From the NCBI GenBank assembly GCA_021769035.1, contig JAETTP010000004.1, positions 10-64,009 on the forward strand: 64,000 nt of DNA. The letters run 5' to 3'. The DNA comes from Bacillota bacterium. GTDB taxonomy: Bacteria > Bacillota > Dehalobacteriia > UBA4068 > UBA4997. The notes beneath the pieces are model-generated. The model made no database searches, was not told the DNA's origin, and saw only the letters and a list, made by a program, of their open reading frames with translations. Each line of letters starts with the position of its first letter. Position 1 is the stretch's first letter. Shown here in pieces: positions 1 to 8,836 of the stretch. The translations under genes were made by a program, and so were the position numbers.

Positions 1-579
1 CCAGAAGATATTAAAAAAGTATTCGACGATAGCATAAAACCGTTTTGGTATATTCATTATGTGCGTTTTCTGCTGATTACCGGCCTGCGCCCAGGCGAGG
101 CCGCCGGTATCCGAACTGATGAAGATATTAAAGACAACATATTAACCATAAAGCGCAGCATTAATAGCCTCAATGAAATTACGGACGGCAAAAACGCCAA
201 CGCGCTGCGCTCTCAGTACCTGCCGGAAATCGCCCAGAAAATTATTGCAGACCAGAGGCGAATGCTCCGGCAAAACGGTATTATATCACCATGGCTTTTT
301 CCCAATCCGCAAGGAAATGTTGCCAGCCCTCATTATATTTACAAAGTTTGGGCAGGTTTTCGTGACAAAAACCAATTAACAGCCTGCACCTTATATGAGC
401 TGAGACACACAATGGTATCCATTACCAAAAACGGCGTGCCAACCCACCTGCTTAAAATGGTTTTAGGCCACACCGAAGCAATGGATACATACGGCGTTTA
501 TGGGCACGAGTTTGCTGGCGATTTACAAAACGTGGCTAACGCTACCCAAAATATGTTTAATCAAATTTTAGGTAATTAA
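1..579 (+). CDS. Tyrosine recombinase/phage integrase, C-terminal fragment (5-prime end lies outside the window)
   Basis: The reading frame is open from base 1 and the first in-frame ATG is at 61. The segment ...LITGLRPGE...LYELRHTMVSI...LGHTEAMDTYGVYGHE carries the R...H-x-x-R...Y catalytic-box pattern of tyrosine recombinases. Confidence 0.7.
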   Translation, partial: PEDIKKVFDDSIKPFWYIHYVRFLLITGLRPGEAAGIRTDEDIKDNILTIKRSINSLNEITDGKNANALRSQYLPEIAQKIIADQRRMLRQNGIISPWLFPNPQGNVASPHYIYKVWAGFRDKNQLTACTLYELRHTMVSITKNGVPTHLLKMVLGHTEAMDTYGVYGHEFAGDLQNVANATQNMFNQILGN

Positions 580-716
580 CGATTATCTTTATCAAAAAAA
601 GCAGTCATTCCCTTAACAGAAATAACCGCTTTAATTTAGCTTTTTCAAGATGTGTTACAAAGTGTGTTATTAAAATTTTCGTTTACACACAAACCCCTTA
701 AACAAAGCTTTTTCCT

Positions 717-793
717 TGGTGGAGATAATAGGATTCGAACCTATGACCTCTCGCATGTGAGGCGAGCGCTCTAACCAACTGAGCTATACCTCC
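717..793 (-). tRNA. tRNA-Val (anticodon CAC)
   Basis: The reverse complement folds as a cloverleaf: acceptor GGAGGTA/TATCTCC, D-arm GCTC..GAGC, anticodon stem CTCGC/GCGAG with loop CTCACAT, T-arm ATAGG TTCGAAT CCTAT, and an encoded CCA. Confidence 0.8.
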
Positions 794-996
794 TTAACGT
801 GTGTATCTATTATACTGAAAAACCGGCAAAATGTCAAGAGGTTGCCACACACTTTTCGGATTTTTTCTGAAAGGAATATTACAACAGCGTTCAATTTGAA
901 AAACAGCTTTGTAATTGTTAAGGTCAAACAGCTTGACAATATCATCGCAAAAGTTTTACAATAAATCAAGATACAAAACCTAAGGAGGTAACCAAA

Positions 997-1626
997 ATGA
1001 GCGTTCACTTTTTTCCCAGCTGCAAAGTACAGCAGCAATTTCCCCAGGCCAGTCTGCGCTTGCAGGAATATCTGCAAAAGCGTTGGCAGCTGACGCCTGC
1101 TGGCTGCTGCCGGCTGAACCATCAGCAGCTTACGCCGGAGGACACGGCTTTTTACATCTGTAACACCTGCGCCCACATTTTAGCCGGCAGCTCAGCAGCC
1201 GGTCAAATCCAAGCCGTTTGGCAGCTTATTGACCAAGACGAGCAATTTCTCTTTCCCAACTACCAAGGCGAGCTGATGACAGTACAGGATTGCTGGCTAG
1301 CCTCAGACAAGCCGGAGGCTCAGCAGGCGGTGCGCTCTCTGCTGCAAAAAATGAATATCCAGCCGCAGGAATTGGCAGAAAATTTTGCCCAAAGCCGCTT
1401 CTGCGGGGTTACAACCTCCGCCGCCACCTGCAAGCTGGCCCCGCAACTTAGCAACAAATTGGGCCAGATGTCCCCAGAAGAACGCCGAGAGCATTTGCAG
1501 CAAATTAGTACAGATAAAGTCGTTTGCTACTGCCGCCCTTGCTATACGGAAATTAATGCCGCCGGCAAACAGGCCGTGCATATACTGGAGCTTTTGTTCC
1601 CAGAACAGCTCCAAATCGCTCCGTAA
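997..1626 (+). CDS. Hypothetical cysteine-rich protein, possibly a degenerate CCG-domain (LutA/GlpC-like Fe-S) protein
   Basis: An AAGGAGGT ribosome-binding site sits 8 nt upstream. The motifs FFPSC...GCCR...CNTCAH and CYCRPCY resemble the C-x(n)-CCG-x(n)-C-xx-C pattern but with substitutions. Confidence 0.45.
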   Translation: MSVHFFPSCKVQQQFPQASLRLQEYLQKRWQLTPAGCCRLNHQQLTPEDTAFYICNTCAHILAGSSAAGQIQAVWQLIDQDEQFLFPNYQGELMTVQDCWLASDKPEAQQAVRSLLQKMNIQPQELAENFAQSRFCGVTTSAATCKLAPQLSNKLGQMSPEERREHLQQISTDKVVCYCRPCYTEINAAGKQAVHILELLFPEQLQIAP

Positions 1627-1654
1627 ACTTCGCTCGCTGGAATCCCTGCGGTCG

Positions 1655-3808
1655 CTAAAACAAGGCCAGCAAATGCGACACCACAAAACACAGCCCCAAC
1701 CCACAGACAGTTGGCAGGGCAAAGGCAAGCGCCGTCCAACGCCAACTGCCGGTTTCCTGCTTAATCGTCAATAGAGTGGTGGAGCACGGCCAATGCAGCA
1801 ACATAAACAACAGTACGCAAAGAGCGGTTTGCCAGGTCCAGCCGTTGGCGACGAAAAGCTCCCGCAAGGCAGGCAGACTGCTAAGCTCAGTCAACGAGCC
1901 GGCTTGAAGATAACACATCACCATAACCGGCACAATGATTTCGTTGGCCGGCAGGCCTAAAATAAAGGCCAACAAAATTACACCGTCCAGCCCAAAAATT
2001 TGCGCCACTGGCTGCAAGGCCGCCGCCAGTCCGGCCAGCAAACTGCCATCTCCCCAGGGCAGATTGGCCAGTAGCCAAATCAACAGGCCGGTGGGCGCAG
2101 CCACCGCCACCGCCCGACCCAGCACAAACAAAGTGCGGTCAAAAACTGAATGAACCAACACGCTGCAAACACGCGGCCGCCGATAAGACGGCAATTCCAA
2201 AGCGAAGCTGGAGGCCTGCCCTTGCAAAACAGTTTGAGAGAGCAGACGGGTAACGCCAAATGTGAGGCCCACACCTAACAGCACCACAGCCACCAGCAGC
2301 AAAGCGGCCAACCAAGAGGCTCCAAAACCACCCGCCGCGCCCACAAAAAACATGCTGATAAGCGCAATCAGGGTTGGAAAACGCCCGTTGCAGGGCACAA
2401 AATTGTTCGTCAGAATTGCCAGCAAGCGTTCCCGTGGCGAATCAATAATCCGGCAGCCGATAACCCCGGCCGCATTACAGCCAAAACCCATCATCATCGT
2501 CAACGCCTGCTTCCCACAGGAACGGCAGGCCCGAAACGGTCGGTCCAGGTTGTAAGCCACCCGCGGCAAGTAGCCCACGTCCTCCAGCAACGTAAACAGC
2601 GGAAAAAAGATAGCCATCGGCGGCAGCATAACCGCCACCACCCAGGAAACCGTCCGCCAAACCCCTTGCGTCAGCAAATCAGTCAGCCAAAGCGGCGCCC
2701 TAAGCCAGGCCAGCAGCTGCTCCAGCCGCCCTTGCACCCAGAACAGGCCGTTGGAAAGCAACTCCGAGGGATAATTGGCCCCGTACAGGGTCAACCAAAA
2801 AACCAGAGCCAGCAGCGCCAGCATCAGGGCGTAGCCGCCCAGACGGCTGGTCAGCACCCGGTCAATTTTATAATCCAGGCAGCTGTAGATGTTGCGGCCG
2901 CCGCTAACCACCTGCGCCGCCAGCTCCTCGGCCCGGCGCATCAACACGCCCACCAGCACGTCTGCCAGCTGATCCGGGGCAAAACCGGCAGCGGCGGCTG
3001 CTTGCCGGGCCGCCGCCAGGCGCTCGGCAAACTGCTCGTTGCCCGTTAAACCCAGCTGGCTTAAAATCCGTTTATGCAGGGACTCATCATCACCCAAAAG
3101 CTGCAAGGCCAACCAGCAGCGATTTGGCCAAACAACGCCAGGTGTCCTCGGCTCCGGCAGCTCCGCCGCCAGCTGAGCCACAATCGCCTGCAATTCTTCT
3201 GGGTAAGGCAGCTGCAACGGCAAACGCTCTTCCGCCACGCTCATCTCATCCACCGCCTGCTTCAGGGCCTCCAACGTTTGCGGCTTGCTGGCAACAGTTC
3301 CCACCACCGGCACCCCAAGCAGCTGGCTGAGCCTGGGTAAATCCAGTTTGAGGCCGCGGCCGGCCGCCTCGTCCAGCAGGTTTACGCAAACAACCACTCG
3401 CCTGGTGATCTCCAACGTTTGCAGCACCAAATTGAGGTTGCGCTCCAAGCAAGCTGCGTTGCAAACCACCACCACAGCGTCCGCCTGGCCGAAGCAAATG
3501 AAATCCCGCGCCACCTCCTCCTCCGCCGAATGGGCCAGCAGCGAATACGCCCCCGGAATATCCACCAGCACATAGGAGCGGGCCTGGCTGCTGTAATAGC
3601 CCTGGGCGTTGGCCACTGTTTTGCCCGGCCAGTTGCCGGTGTGCTGACGCATACCCGTCAGCGCATTGAAGATAGTGCTTTTGCCCACATTAGGGTTGCC
3701 GGCCAAGGCCACCACCTTATCCTCCGGCTGCCGCTTTTTCAGCGTCAGCGCCTTATCCTGGGAGCTGCTGCGCGCGCCGCCGCCCACCGAACCCTTTGTC
3801 AATCCCAT
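1655..3808 (-). CDS. feoB: Ferrous iron transport protein B (FeoB)
   Basis: G-domain GNPNVGKST...DIPG, followed by the long polytopic permease domain typical of FeoB. The N-terminal 40 aa of the ORF are probably an over-extension. Confidence 0.9.
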   Translation of the reverse strand: MGLTKGSVGGGARSSSQDKALTLKKRQPEDKVVALAGNPNVGKSTIFNALTGMRQHTGNWPGKTVANAQGYYSSQARSYVLVDIPGAYSLLAHSAEEEVARDFICFGQADAVVVVCNAACLERNLNLVLQTLEITRRVVVCVNLLDEAAGRGLKLDLPRLSQLLGVPVVGTVASKPQTLEALKQAVDEMSVAEERLPLQLPYPEELQAIVAQLAAELPEPRTPGVVWPNRCWLALQLLGDDESLHKRILSQLGLTGNEQFAERLAAARQAAAAAGFAPDQLADVLVGVLMRRAEELAAQVVSGGRNIYSCLDYKIDRVLTSRLGGYALMLALLALVFWLTLYGANYPSELLSNGLFWVQGRLEQLLAWLRAPLWLTDLLTQGVWRTVSWVVAVMLPPMAIFFPLFTLLEDVGYLPRVAYNLDRPFRACRSCGKQALTMMMGFGCNAAGVIGCRIIDSPRERLLAILTNNFVPCNGRFPTLIALISMFFVGAAGGFGASWLAALLLVAVVLLGVGLTFGVTRLLSQTVLQGQASSFALELPSYRRPRVCSVLVHSVFDRTLFVLGRAVAVAAPTGLLIWLLANLPWGDGSLLAGLAAALQPVAQIFGLDGVILLAFILGLPANEIIVPVMVMCYLQAGSLTELSSLPALRELFVANGWTWQTALCVLLFMLLHWPCSTTLLTIKQETGSWRWTALAFALPTVCGLGLCFVVSHLLALF

Positions 3809-3826
3809 CAGCCCGCCCTCCTTTAA

Positions 3827-4081
3827 TCAGCCTGCAAAATTATCTGCCAAAATAATCTGGCGGCAATCCTGCGCCCGCAGAGCAATCACCGCACCCCGAA
3901 TTAAGTAAGCCGAGGGGTCGCCCGCCGGACTGCGCCCCAGGCAATGCACCAACGTGTTGTTCACCAGGCCAATATCCAACAGCCGCCGCCGCTGGCTGCC
4001 GGCCAACCGCAGCTCCTTAACCAGGCCGCTTTCGCCCGGCTGCAAATCACAAAGAGAACTTTGCCGGCCCATCGTCATCAC
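3827..4081 (-). CDS. feoA: FeoA family protein
   Basis: An 84 aa SH3-like FeoA pattern (GESGLVKEL...G..IGLV.....V) immediately upstream of feoB. Confidence 0.8.
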   Translation of the reverse strand: MMTMGRQSSLCDLQPGESGLVKELRLAGSQRRRLLDIGLVNNTLVHCLGRSPAGDPSAYLIRGAVIALRAQDCRQIILADNFAG

Positions 4082-4163
4082 TCCTTATTCCCAGATACAC
4101 GTTGTATATTATTCCACCGCGGCTTGTCAGGTTACTCTGGCATTTTTTTTGGCCAAAAGGGCT

Positions 4164-4234
4164 TGACATTTCGGTTTAACTGTTGTAAACTAAAAGCAGA
4201 AACGCCGGTTTAGTGGTTGTAAACCAATAGACCG
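4164..4234 (+). promoter_or_regulatory. Sigma-70-like promoter (TTGACA, 17 nt spacer, TAAACT) with two dyad operators, GGTTTAACTGTTGTAAACT and GGTTTAGTGGTTGTAAACC
   Basis: Two copies of the GTTTA-N7-TAAAC inverted repeat, at 4173-4190 and 4207-4225. The first overlaps the -10 element and the second lies between the promoter and the RBS of the BlaI-like gene. The same intergenic region is shared with the divergent feoA gene. Confidence 0.55.
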
Positions 4235-4252
4235 GCCAAAGGAGGAAATATT

Positions 4253-4642
4253 ATGCCTAAGGATTTTCAAACATTGGGGGAAATGGAGGGCCGCTTTGCG
4301 GAAATTATCTGGCAAAACGCGCCCCTGCCCTCCGGCGAGCTGGTGAAGCTTTGCCAACAGCAGCTGGGCTGGAAAAAATCCACCACCTACACTATGCTGC
4401 GCCGGCTTTGCGCCAAGGGGCTTTTCTGCAATCAGGACGGGCAGGTGCAGGCCCTGCTCAGCCGGGAGGATTTCCTGGCCCGGCAAAGCGAGGATTTTTT
4501 AGCCCAAAATTTTGCCGGTTCTCTGCCGCGTTTTCTCACCGCTTTTTGCAGCCGCCAAAAGCTAAACGCTGCCGATGTGCAGGAGCTGGAACAGCTGATT
4601 GCCCAAAGCCGAGGTGATTTTGATGCCGAACATACTGACTGA
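4253..4642 (+). CDS. BlaI/MecI/CopY-family winged-helix transcriptional repressor
   Basis: 129 aa whose N-terminal winged helix (EMEGRFAEIIW...SGELVKL...W..STTYTMLRRLCAKG) is typical of penicillinase-repressor family proteins. It overlaps the downstream M56 peptidase gene. Confidence 0.85.
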   Translation: MPKDFQTLGEMEGRFAEIIWQNAPLPSGELVKLCQQQLGWKKSTTYTMLRRLCAKGLFCNQDGQVQALLSREDFLARQSEDFLAQNFAGSLPRFLTAFCSRQKLNAADVQELEQLIAQSRGDFDAEHTD

Positions 4643-6326
4643 CAGCTTTTTAACCCTGCTGAATATGAGCTACACCGCCTGCTTTGTGATAGGGGCGGTG
4701 CTGCTGGCCCGCCTGCTGCTAAGCGGCCTGCACGCGCCCAAAATTTTCAGCTACGCCCTGTGGGCAGTGGTGCTGTTCCGGCTGCTCTGCCCTATCAGCT
4801 TTGAAAGCAGCCTGAGCCCACTGCCCAGCGCAGAAATTATCTCCCCGCAGATTGTGGAGGAGATTCGTCCGCAAATTCATTCCGGCTTTGCCATAATTGA
4901 CGAGCCGTTAAACGCCCACTGGCAAGACACTTACTACGAGGGCGTGACCCGGCCGGCCGGGCAAATGCAGCATTGGGCTGGGCTGGCAGCGGCCGTTTGG
5001 CTGGCCGGATTCGTCTTGCTGCTGGGCCAAAGCCTGCTGGCCCTGCGGCGGCTGCGGCGCGGTTTAGCCCAGGCCGAACCATTGCCGGCGGCCGGCGGCA
5101 ACGTTTGGCAGGCGGCAGGGCTGCCCACCGCCTTTGTGCTGGGCCTGTGGCGGCCGCGAATTTTTCTGCCGGCCGGGCTGAACCCCACGGAGCAGCAATA
5201 TATTCTGCTGCACGAGCAAGCCCACCTGCGCCACGCCGACCACCTGCTGAAGCTGCTGGCTTTTGCCGCCCTGCTGCTGCATTGGTTTAACCCGCTGGTT
5301 TGGCTGGCTTTTCGGCTGGGTGTGCAGGATATGGAAATGGCCTGCGACGAGGCAGTGCTGCGCCGCCTTGGCTTAAAGGCCCGCCCGGAATATTCCGCCG
5401 CCCTGCTGCACCTGGCCGCCTCCGGCCGGCGGCAACCGCTGGCCCCGCTGGCTTTCAGCGAGGGCAACGTGAAAAGCCGGATCAAAAACGCTCTGAGTTA
5501 TCACAAGCCGGCCCTGTGGGTTATGTTGCTTGGCCTGCTGTTGGTGGCGGCGCTGCTGTTCTTGCTTTGGGGCAATCCGCATAAACAGACGGCCACCGTT
5601 GAGGAATTATCGAATAATTTTATTGAGCAGCGCATTGACGAGCTGCAATTTGCGATTGCCGACCGGGAGGTCACCCGGCTGGAGCAGCTGGCCGAATTGG
5701 ACGATTTGCTAACGGACGGGCCGGTGCAGATTTGGACCTTGGAATATCGCCTGAAACCGGCGGATATGAACCAGGTAAACCTGATAGATTATTTGCAAAA
5801 AGACGGTTGGATTCTCGAAAGCCATAACCTGGGGCGGCATTTGCTGGTGATTTTGCAGACGGAGAACAGCCCCCAGCTTTTGGGCCAGCTGGACCTGTTG
5901 GAGCCAACCGACAGCCTGCCGGCGCTGGAGAGCAACGCCCGGCAGCTTTTGGAACGGCAAGGACTGCTGCCGCCGGAAACTTATCCCGGCCCGCACGCCG
6001 TGGTGCGTTTCCCCTTATCCGATGGGGAAGTTTGTCTGCTGCTGCTCTCCCAACCGGCCCGGCAGGGCGCAGACGGCATTTGGTGTGTGGAGCGCTGGCT
6101 GCAAGAAAATGGCAATTTATATTACGCTTACCCGGAGGCAGAGGTCAGCGCGCGGGAATATTACGCCGCTTTGCAGGCCCAATGCGACGAGGGGCACCAG
6201 CCCTGGCGTTTGGAACCTTGGGATGTGGCGGCCCAGTATATCCGGCAGGATATTGGGCAGGTTAATATCCAAAGCGAGGATATAGAGCTAATTCAGCCGG
6301 CCAGCCTGGCGGACTTTACAAATTAA
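4599..6326 (+). CDS. BlaR1-like M56-family membrane metallopeptidase (signal transducer). The C-terminal roughly 300 aa domain is unassigned and is not a penicillin-binding domain
   Basis: N-terminal transmembrane helices, an HEQAHLRHADH (HExxH) zinc motif and the downstream conserved E (MACDE). It is coupled to the BlaI-like repressor gene. The true start may be the internal M at 4623. Confidence 0.8.
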   Translation: MPKAEVILMPNILTDSFLTLLNMSYTACFVIGAVLLARLLLSGLHAPKIFSYALWAVVLFRLLCPISFESSLSPLPSAEIISPQIVEEIRPQIHSGFAIIDEPLNAHWQDTYYEGVTRPAGQMQHWAGLAAAVWLAGFVLLLGQSLLALRRLRRGLAQAEPLPAAGGNVWQAAGLPTAFVLGLWRPRIFLPAGLNPTEQQYILLHEQAHLRHADHLLKLLAFAALLLHWFNPLVWLAFRLGVQDMEMACDEAVLRRLGLKARPEYSAALLHLAASGRRQPLAPLAFSEGNVKSRIKNALSYHKPALWVMLLGLLLVAALLFLLWGNPHKQTATVEELSNNFIEQRIDELQFAIADREVTRLEQLAELDDLLTDGPVQIWTLEYRLKPADMNQVNLIDYLQKDGWILESHNLGRHLLVILQTENSPQLLGQLDLLEPTDSLPALESNARQLLERQGLLPPETYPGPHAVVRFPLSDGEVCLLLLSQPARQGADGIWCVERWLQENGNLYYAYPEAEVSAREYYAALQAQCDEGHQPWRLEPWDVAAQYIRQDIGQVNIQSEDIELIQPASLADFTN

Positions 6327-6374
6327 ATACAAAGCTCCCAACCGCTTTATGGCTGGGAGCTTTTCAGTTTGCTT

Positions 6375-7226
6375 TTAACCGACAAATTTAACCGGGATCC
6401 AGACCTCAAACCGGGCCTGACTGGGATCCGGGTTTAAGTAAACCTCCACGTCCGGGCCGTTATCATATTCATAGCCGGAGGTGGGCAGCCATTCCGTGAC
6501 CACGCGCTGCTCCAGTTCCTGAATGGCCTGCGGGCAAGCGCCCTGCCCCGGAAAAATGGCCCAGGTGAACGCCGGCACCTGATATTCCGCCCAACCGTCG
6601 GCCGGCTGATTGCTGGCCACCGCGATGTAATACTGCCATTGTTCTGCGTCGTTGCAAGCGCTGACGCCCAAAACGCCCTGCGGCTGCCCGTCCATCAAGG
6701 CTGCCAGCCGGGGCAGCGCGGCCTGCTCCGCCGCTTGCTGCCAAAGCTGCGGCACCACGGCAAAGTTTTCCGCCAAATTTTGCTGCAAAGGAGCGGAAAG
6801 CCCCAAAATCCGAAAGGCCGGTTTGCTTTCAATGCGATATTCCAGCTTTTCCGCGCCTTTAACGGCGAGTTGAAAATGCAGCGGCGGATAATGCTGCACC
6901 TGCACGCCGGCGTTTTTCACCGCCGAGGGCGCCAGCCCGTGCACAGACTGAAAAGCCCGGTTAAAGGCCGTCGGCGAGCTATAGCCATACTTTTCGGCCA
7001 CGTCAATAATTTTGGCTTGTCCGCTTTGCAAATCGGCGGCCGCGAGGGACATTCGCCGCCGCCGAATATATTCCGCCAGCGTGCAGCCCGCCATATACGT
7101 AAACATTCTTTGGTAATGATATGAGGAACAGCAAGCAATTTTGCCCAGCTGAGCATAATCTATTTCCTCTGTCAGGTGTTCCTCAATATAAGCAATGCTT
7201 TGATTTAATCTTTCCACCCATTCCAT
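6375..7226 (-). CDS. AraC-family transcriptional regulator with a GyrI-like effector-binding C-terminal domain
   Basis: N-terminal AraC helix-turn-helix (HTH) (...YHYQRMF...AEYIRRRRM...GYSSPTAFNRAF) followed by a roughly 150 aa GyrI-like domain. Confidence 0.85.
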   Translation of the reverse strand: MEWVERLNQSIAYIEEHLTEEIDYAQLGKIACCSSYHYQRMFTYMAGCTLAEYIRRRRMSLAAADLQSGQAKIIDVAEKYGYSSPTAFNRAFQSVHGLAPSAVKNAGVQVQHYPPLHFQLAVKGAEKLEYRIESKPAFRILGLSAPLQQNLAENFAVVPQLWQQAAEQAALPRLAALMDGQPQGVLGVSACNDAEQWQYYIAVASNQPADGWAEYQVPAFTWAIFPGQGACPQAIQELEQRVVTEWLPTSGYEYDNGPDVEVYLNPDPSQARFEVWIPVKFVG

Positions 7227-7697
7227 AAAAAGACCTCCTATGCTGTAATTTCAATAAATATTATGTAAATATTATACCATAGAAACAAGGTTATTTTATC
7301 TGATTTTACAAATTGCACTATGGTATTTGTTCGCAATGGGCTCTGCTTCCGCTTTGCAAGCGTCGCAATCGCCTTTGCTCACATTAACAGTTCAATCTGC
7401 GCTTTCAGCTTGATTTCACTGAGTACTCACATTATATCATAGGAACAAAGCAATTTCCTCTTAATTTATGTACCAAAAAGAGAGCTTCAGCAAAACAATC
7501 CAAAACATTATCCATTGAAATCAGACGTACACATAAAAAGTAACCGCCACTAGCTGCAATAGTGACGGTTTTTTTTTAAAAAATACTCACTAAGGCTAAC
7601 CGCTTATCTGTGGTGCCTTGTTGTTTAAATTATAACCTATTCCGGCTACTTTGTCAAGAAACCCTGCCTACTCATTTTACCAAAAAAAAGAGCGGTT

Positions 7698-8003
7698 TTA
7701 TTTCAGTTTTTTGGCTAAACTAATGAGCAGGTCAATATTCTCCGCTGAATGGCGGCTGGCCAATTCGGCCAGCTCCCGCACTTTGGTTGGCGCTTTGATC
7801 TCCACGGCGAAAAACTCGCTCGGTGTTACGCCAAGATACTCGCAAATATAAAAGAAGTTCCCCATTGAGGGATAATTATGACCGTTTTCAATGTTATTAA
7901 TATAACCAGCATCAAATCCTAGTGCCAAACTCATTTCTCTGGCAGTAACACCTTTATTATCACGTAATTGAGTCAATCTTTTAGCAAATTCAGGTGTTTC
8001 CAT
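7698..8003 (-). CDS. XRE-family HTH transcriptional regulator (in an AT-rich islet)
   Basis: 101 aa with an HTH_3 pattern (VTAREMSLALGFDAGYINNIENGHNYPS). The local GC content is far below the flanks. Confidence 0.8.
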   Translation of the reverse strand: METPEFAKRLTQLRDNKGVTAREMSLALGFDAGYINNIENGHNYPSMGNFFYICEYLGVTPSEFFAVEIKAPTKVRELAELASRHSAENIDLLISLAKKLK

Positions 8004-8144
8004 ACCAACTTCACCTCACTTATATATAATTTTACTATATATAAATTTAAGTCTGTCGTATTTAATTTGATACTATACTTGACTTATTGGTTATAATACG
8101 ATATAATAAGAAAAACATCTTTTTATTAGATATGGAGAAGAATA

Positions 8145-8585
8145 ATGTCAGAAAAAAAGATCATCTACAGCCAAAAATATCCCAAAAATAATTCGGTAAA
8201 AATAAATTACGAATTACAAAATATAGACCAAGAGGAGCTCCTCATCGCCATAAATGAACTATTTAAGGATATGGACGAAAACACAGTTTACAAACCCAAT
8301 CCTGAAAGAGAAGAAAACCGAAAGCATTTCATCGGCATAGGCAAAATCATTTCCCAGGAGTTCCAAATCGACACGGAAATCTCCGAAGACGAACACTTCA
8401 TTGCCGTTGACTTTCTCCTGGAATACGGCCCAATCAATATGTGGGTGAGAAGGTTTTTGGCCCACCTTGTGGAGTTAAGCGACAGCATATATTTATCCAA
8501 CAAACCGGACGGCCTCGGCCTGAATTTGACCTACTTCGTTTGCGATATGTACTACAAAGGCGAATTAATAAAATTTAAAGCCTAA
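8145..8585 (+). CDS. Hypothetical protein (AT-rich islet; no recognisable domain)
   Basis: 146 aa ORF with AT-rich codon usage, divergent from the XRE gene, with a rho-independent terminator downstream. Confidence 0.5.
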   Translation: MSEKKIIYSQKYPKNNSVKINYELQNIDQEELLIAINELFKDMDENTVYKPNPEREENRKHFIGIGKIISQEFQIDTEISEDEHFIAVDFLLEYGPINMWVRRFLAHLVELSDSIYLSNKPDGLGLNLTYFVCDMYYKGELIKFKA

Positions 8586-8681
8586 CAGGCAAAGCTATTG
8601 ACAATCGAAATCCAAAAGTTTTGTTAAATACAAAGAGCCGACCCTCAAACCGAGTCAGCCCTCAGAAGTTTTTGCTATAAA

Positions 8682-8720
8682 AATAGCCGCTTCCATTGGC
8701 GCTGGGCGGCTATTTTTGTT
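8682..8720 (+). terminator. Rho-independent terminator (AATAGCCGC-loop-GCGGCTATT followed by TTTTGTTT)
   Basis: A 9-bp perfect stem and T-run downstream of the 8145..8585 gene. Confidence 0.5.
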
Positions 8721-8836
8721 TGCATTCAACTTTTTCCCCTTACAGCTTTTTATTGACATCTAGTCTTTTTTATGCCATAATTTTAGGTGATAAAATTACT
8801 GATTGTTCAATAAAAAATGCAAGGGGTTTTATTTTT

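Noticed and set aside
1303-3575. Numerous 60-170 aa ORFs antisense to or overlapping feoB (for example 1303..1728, 2262..2555, 2666..3049, 3419..3826)
   Set aside because: High-GC DNA yields long stop-free frames on all strands. These lie entirely inside the well-supported feoB gene, have Arg/Pro/Ala/Gly-rich low-complexity translations, and lack ribosome-binding sites.
8696-8836. N-terminal 47 codons of the listed 8696..9889 ORF
   Set aside because: This AT-rich, low-complexity stretch overlaps the terminator of the upstream gene. The membrane protein plausibly starts at the ATG at 8837.
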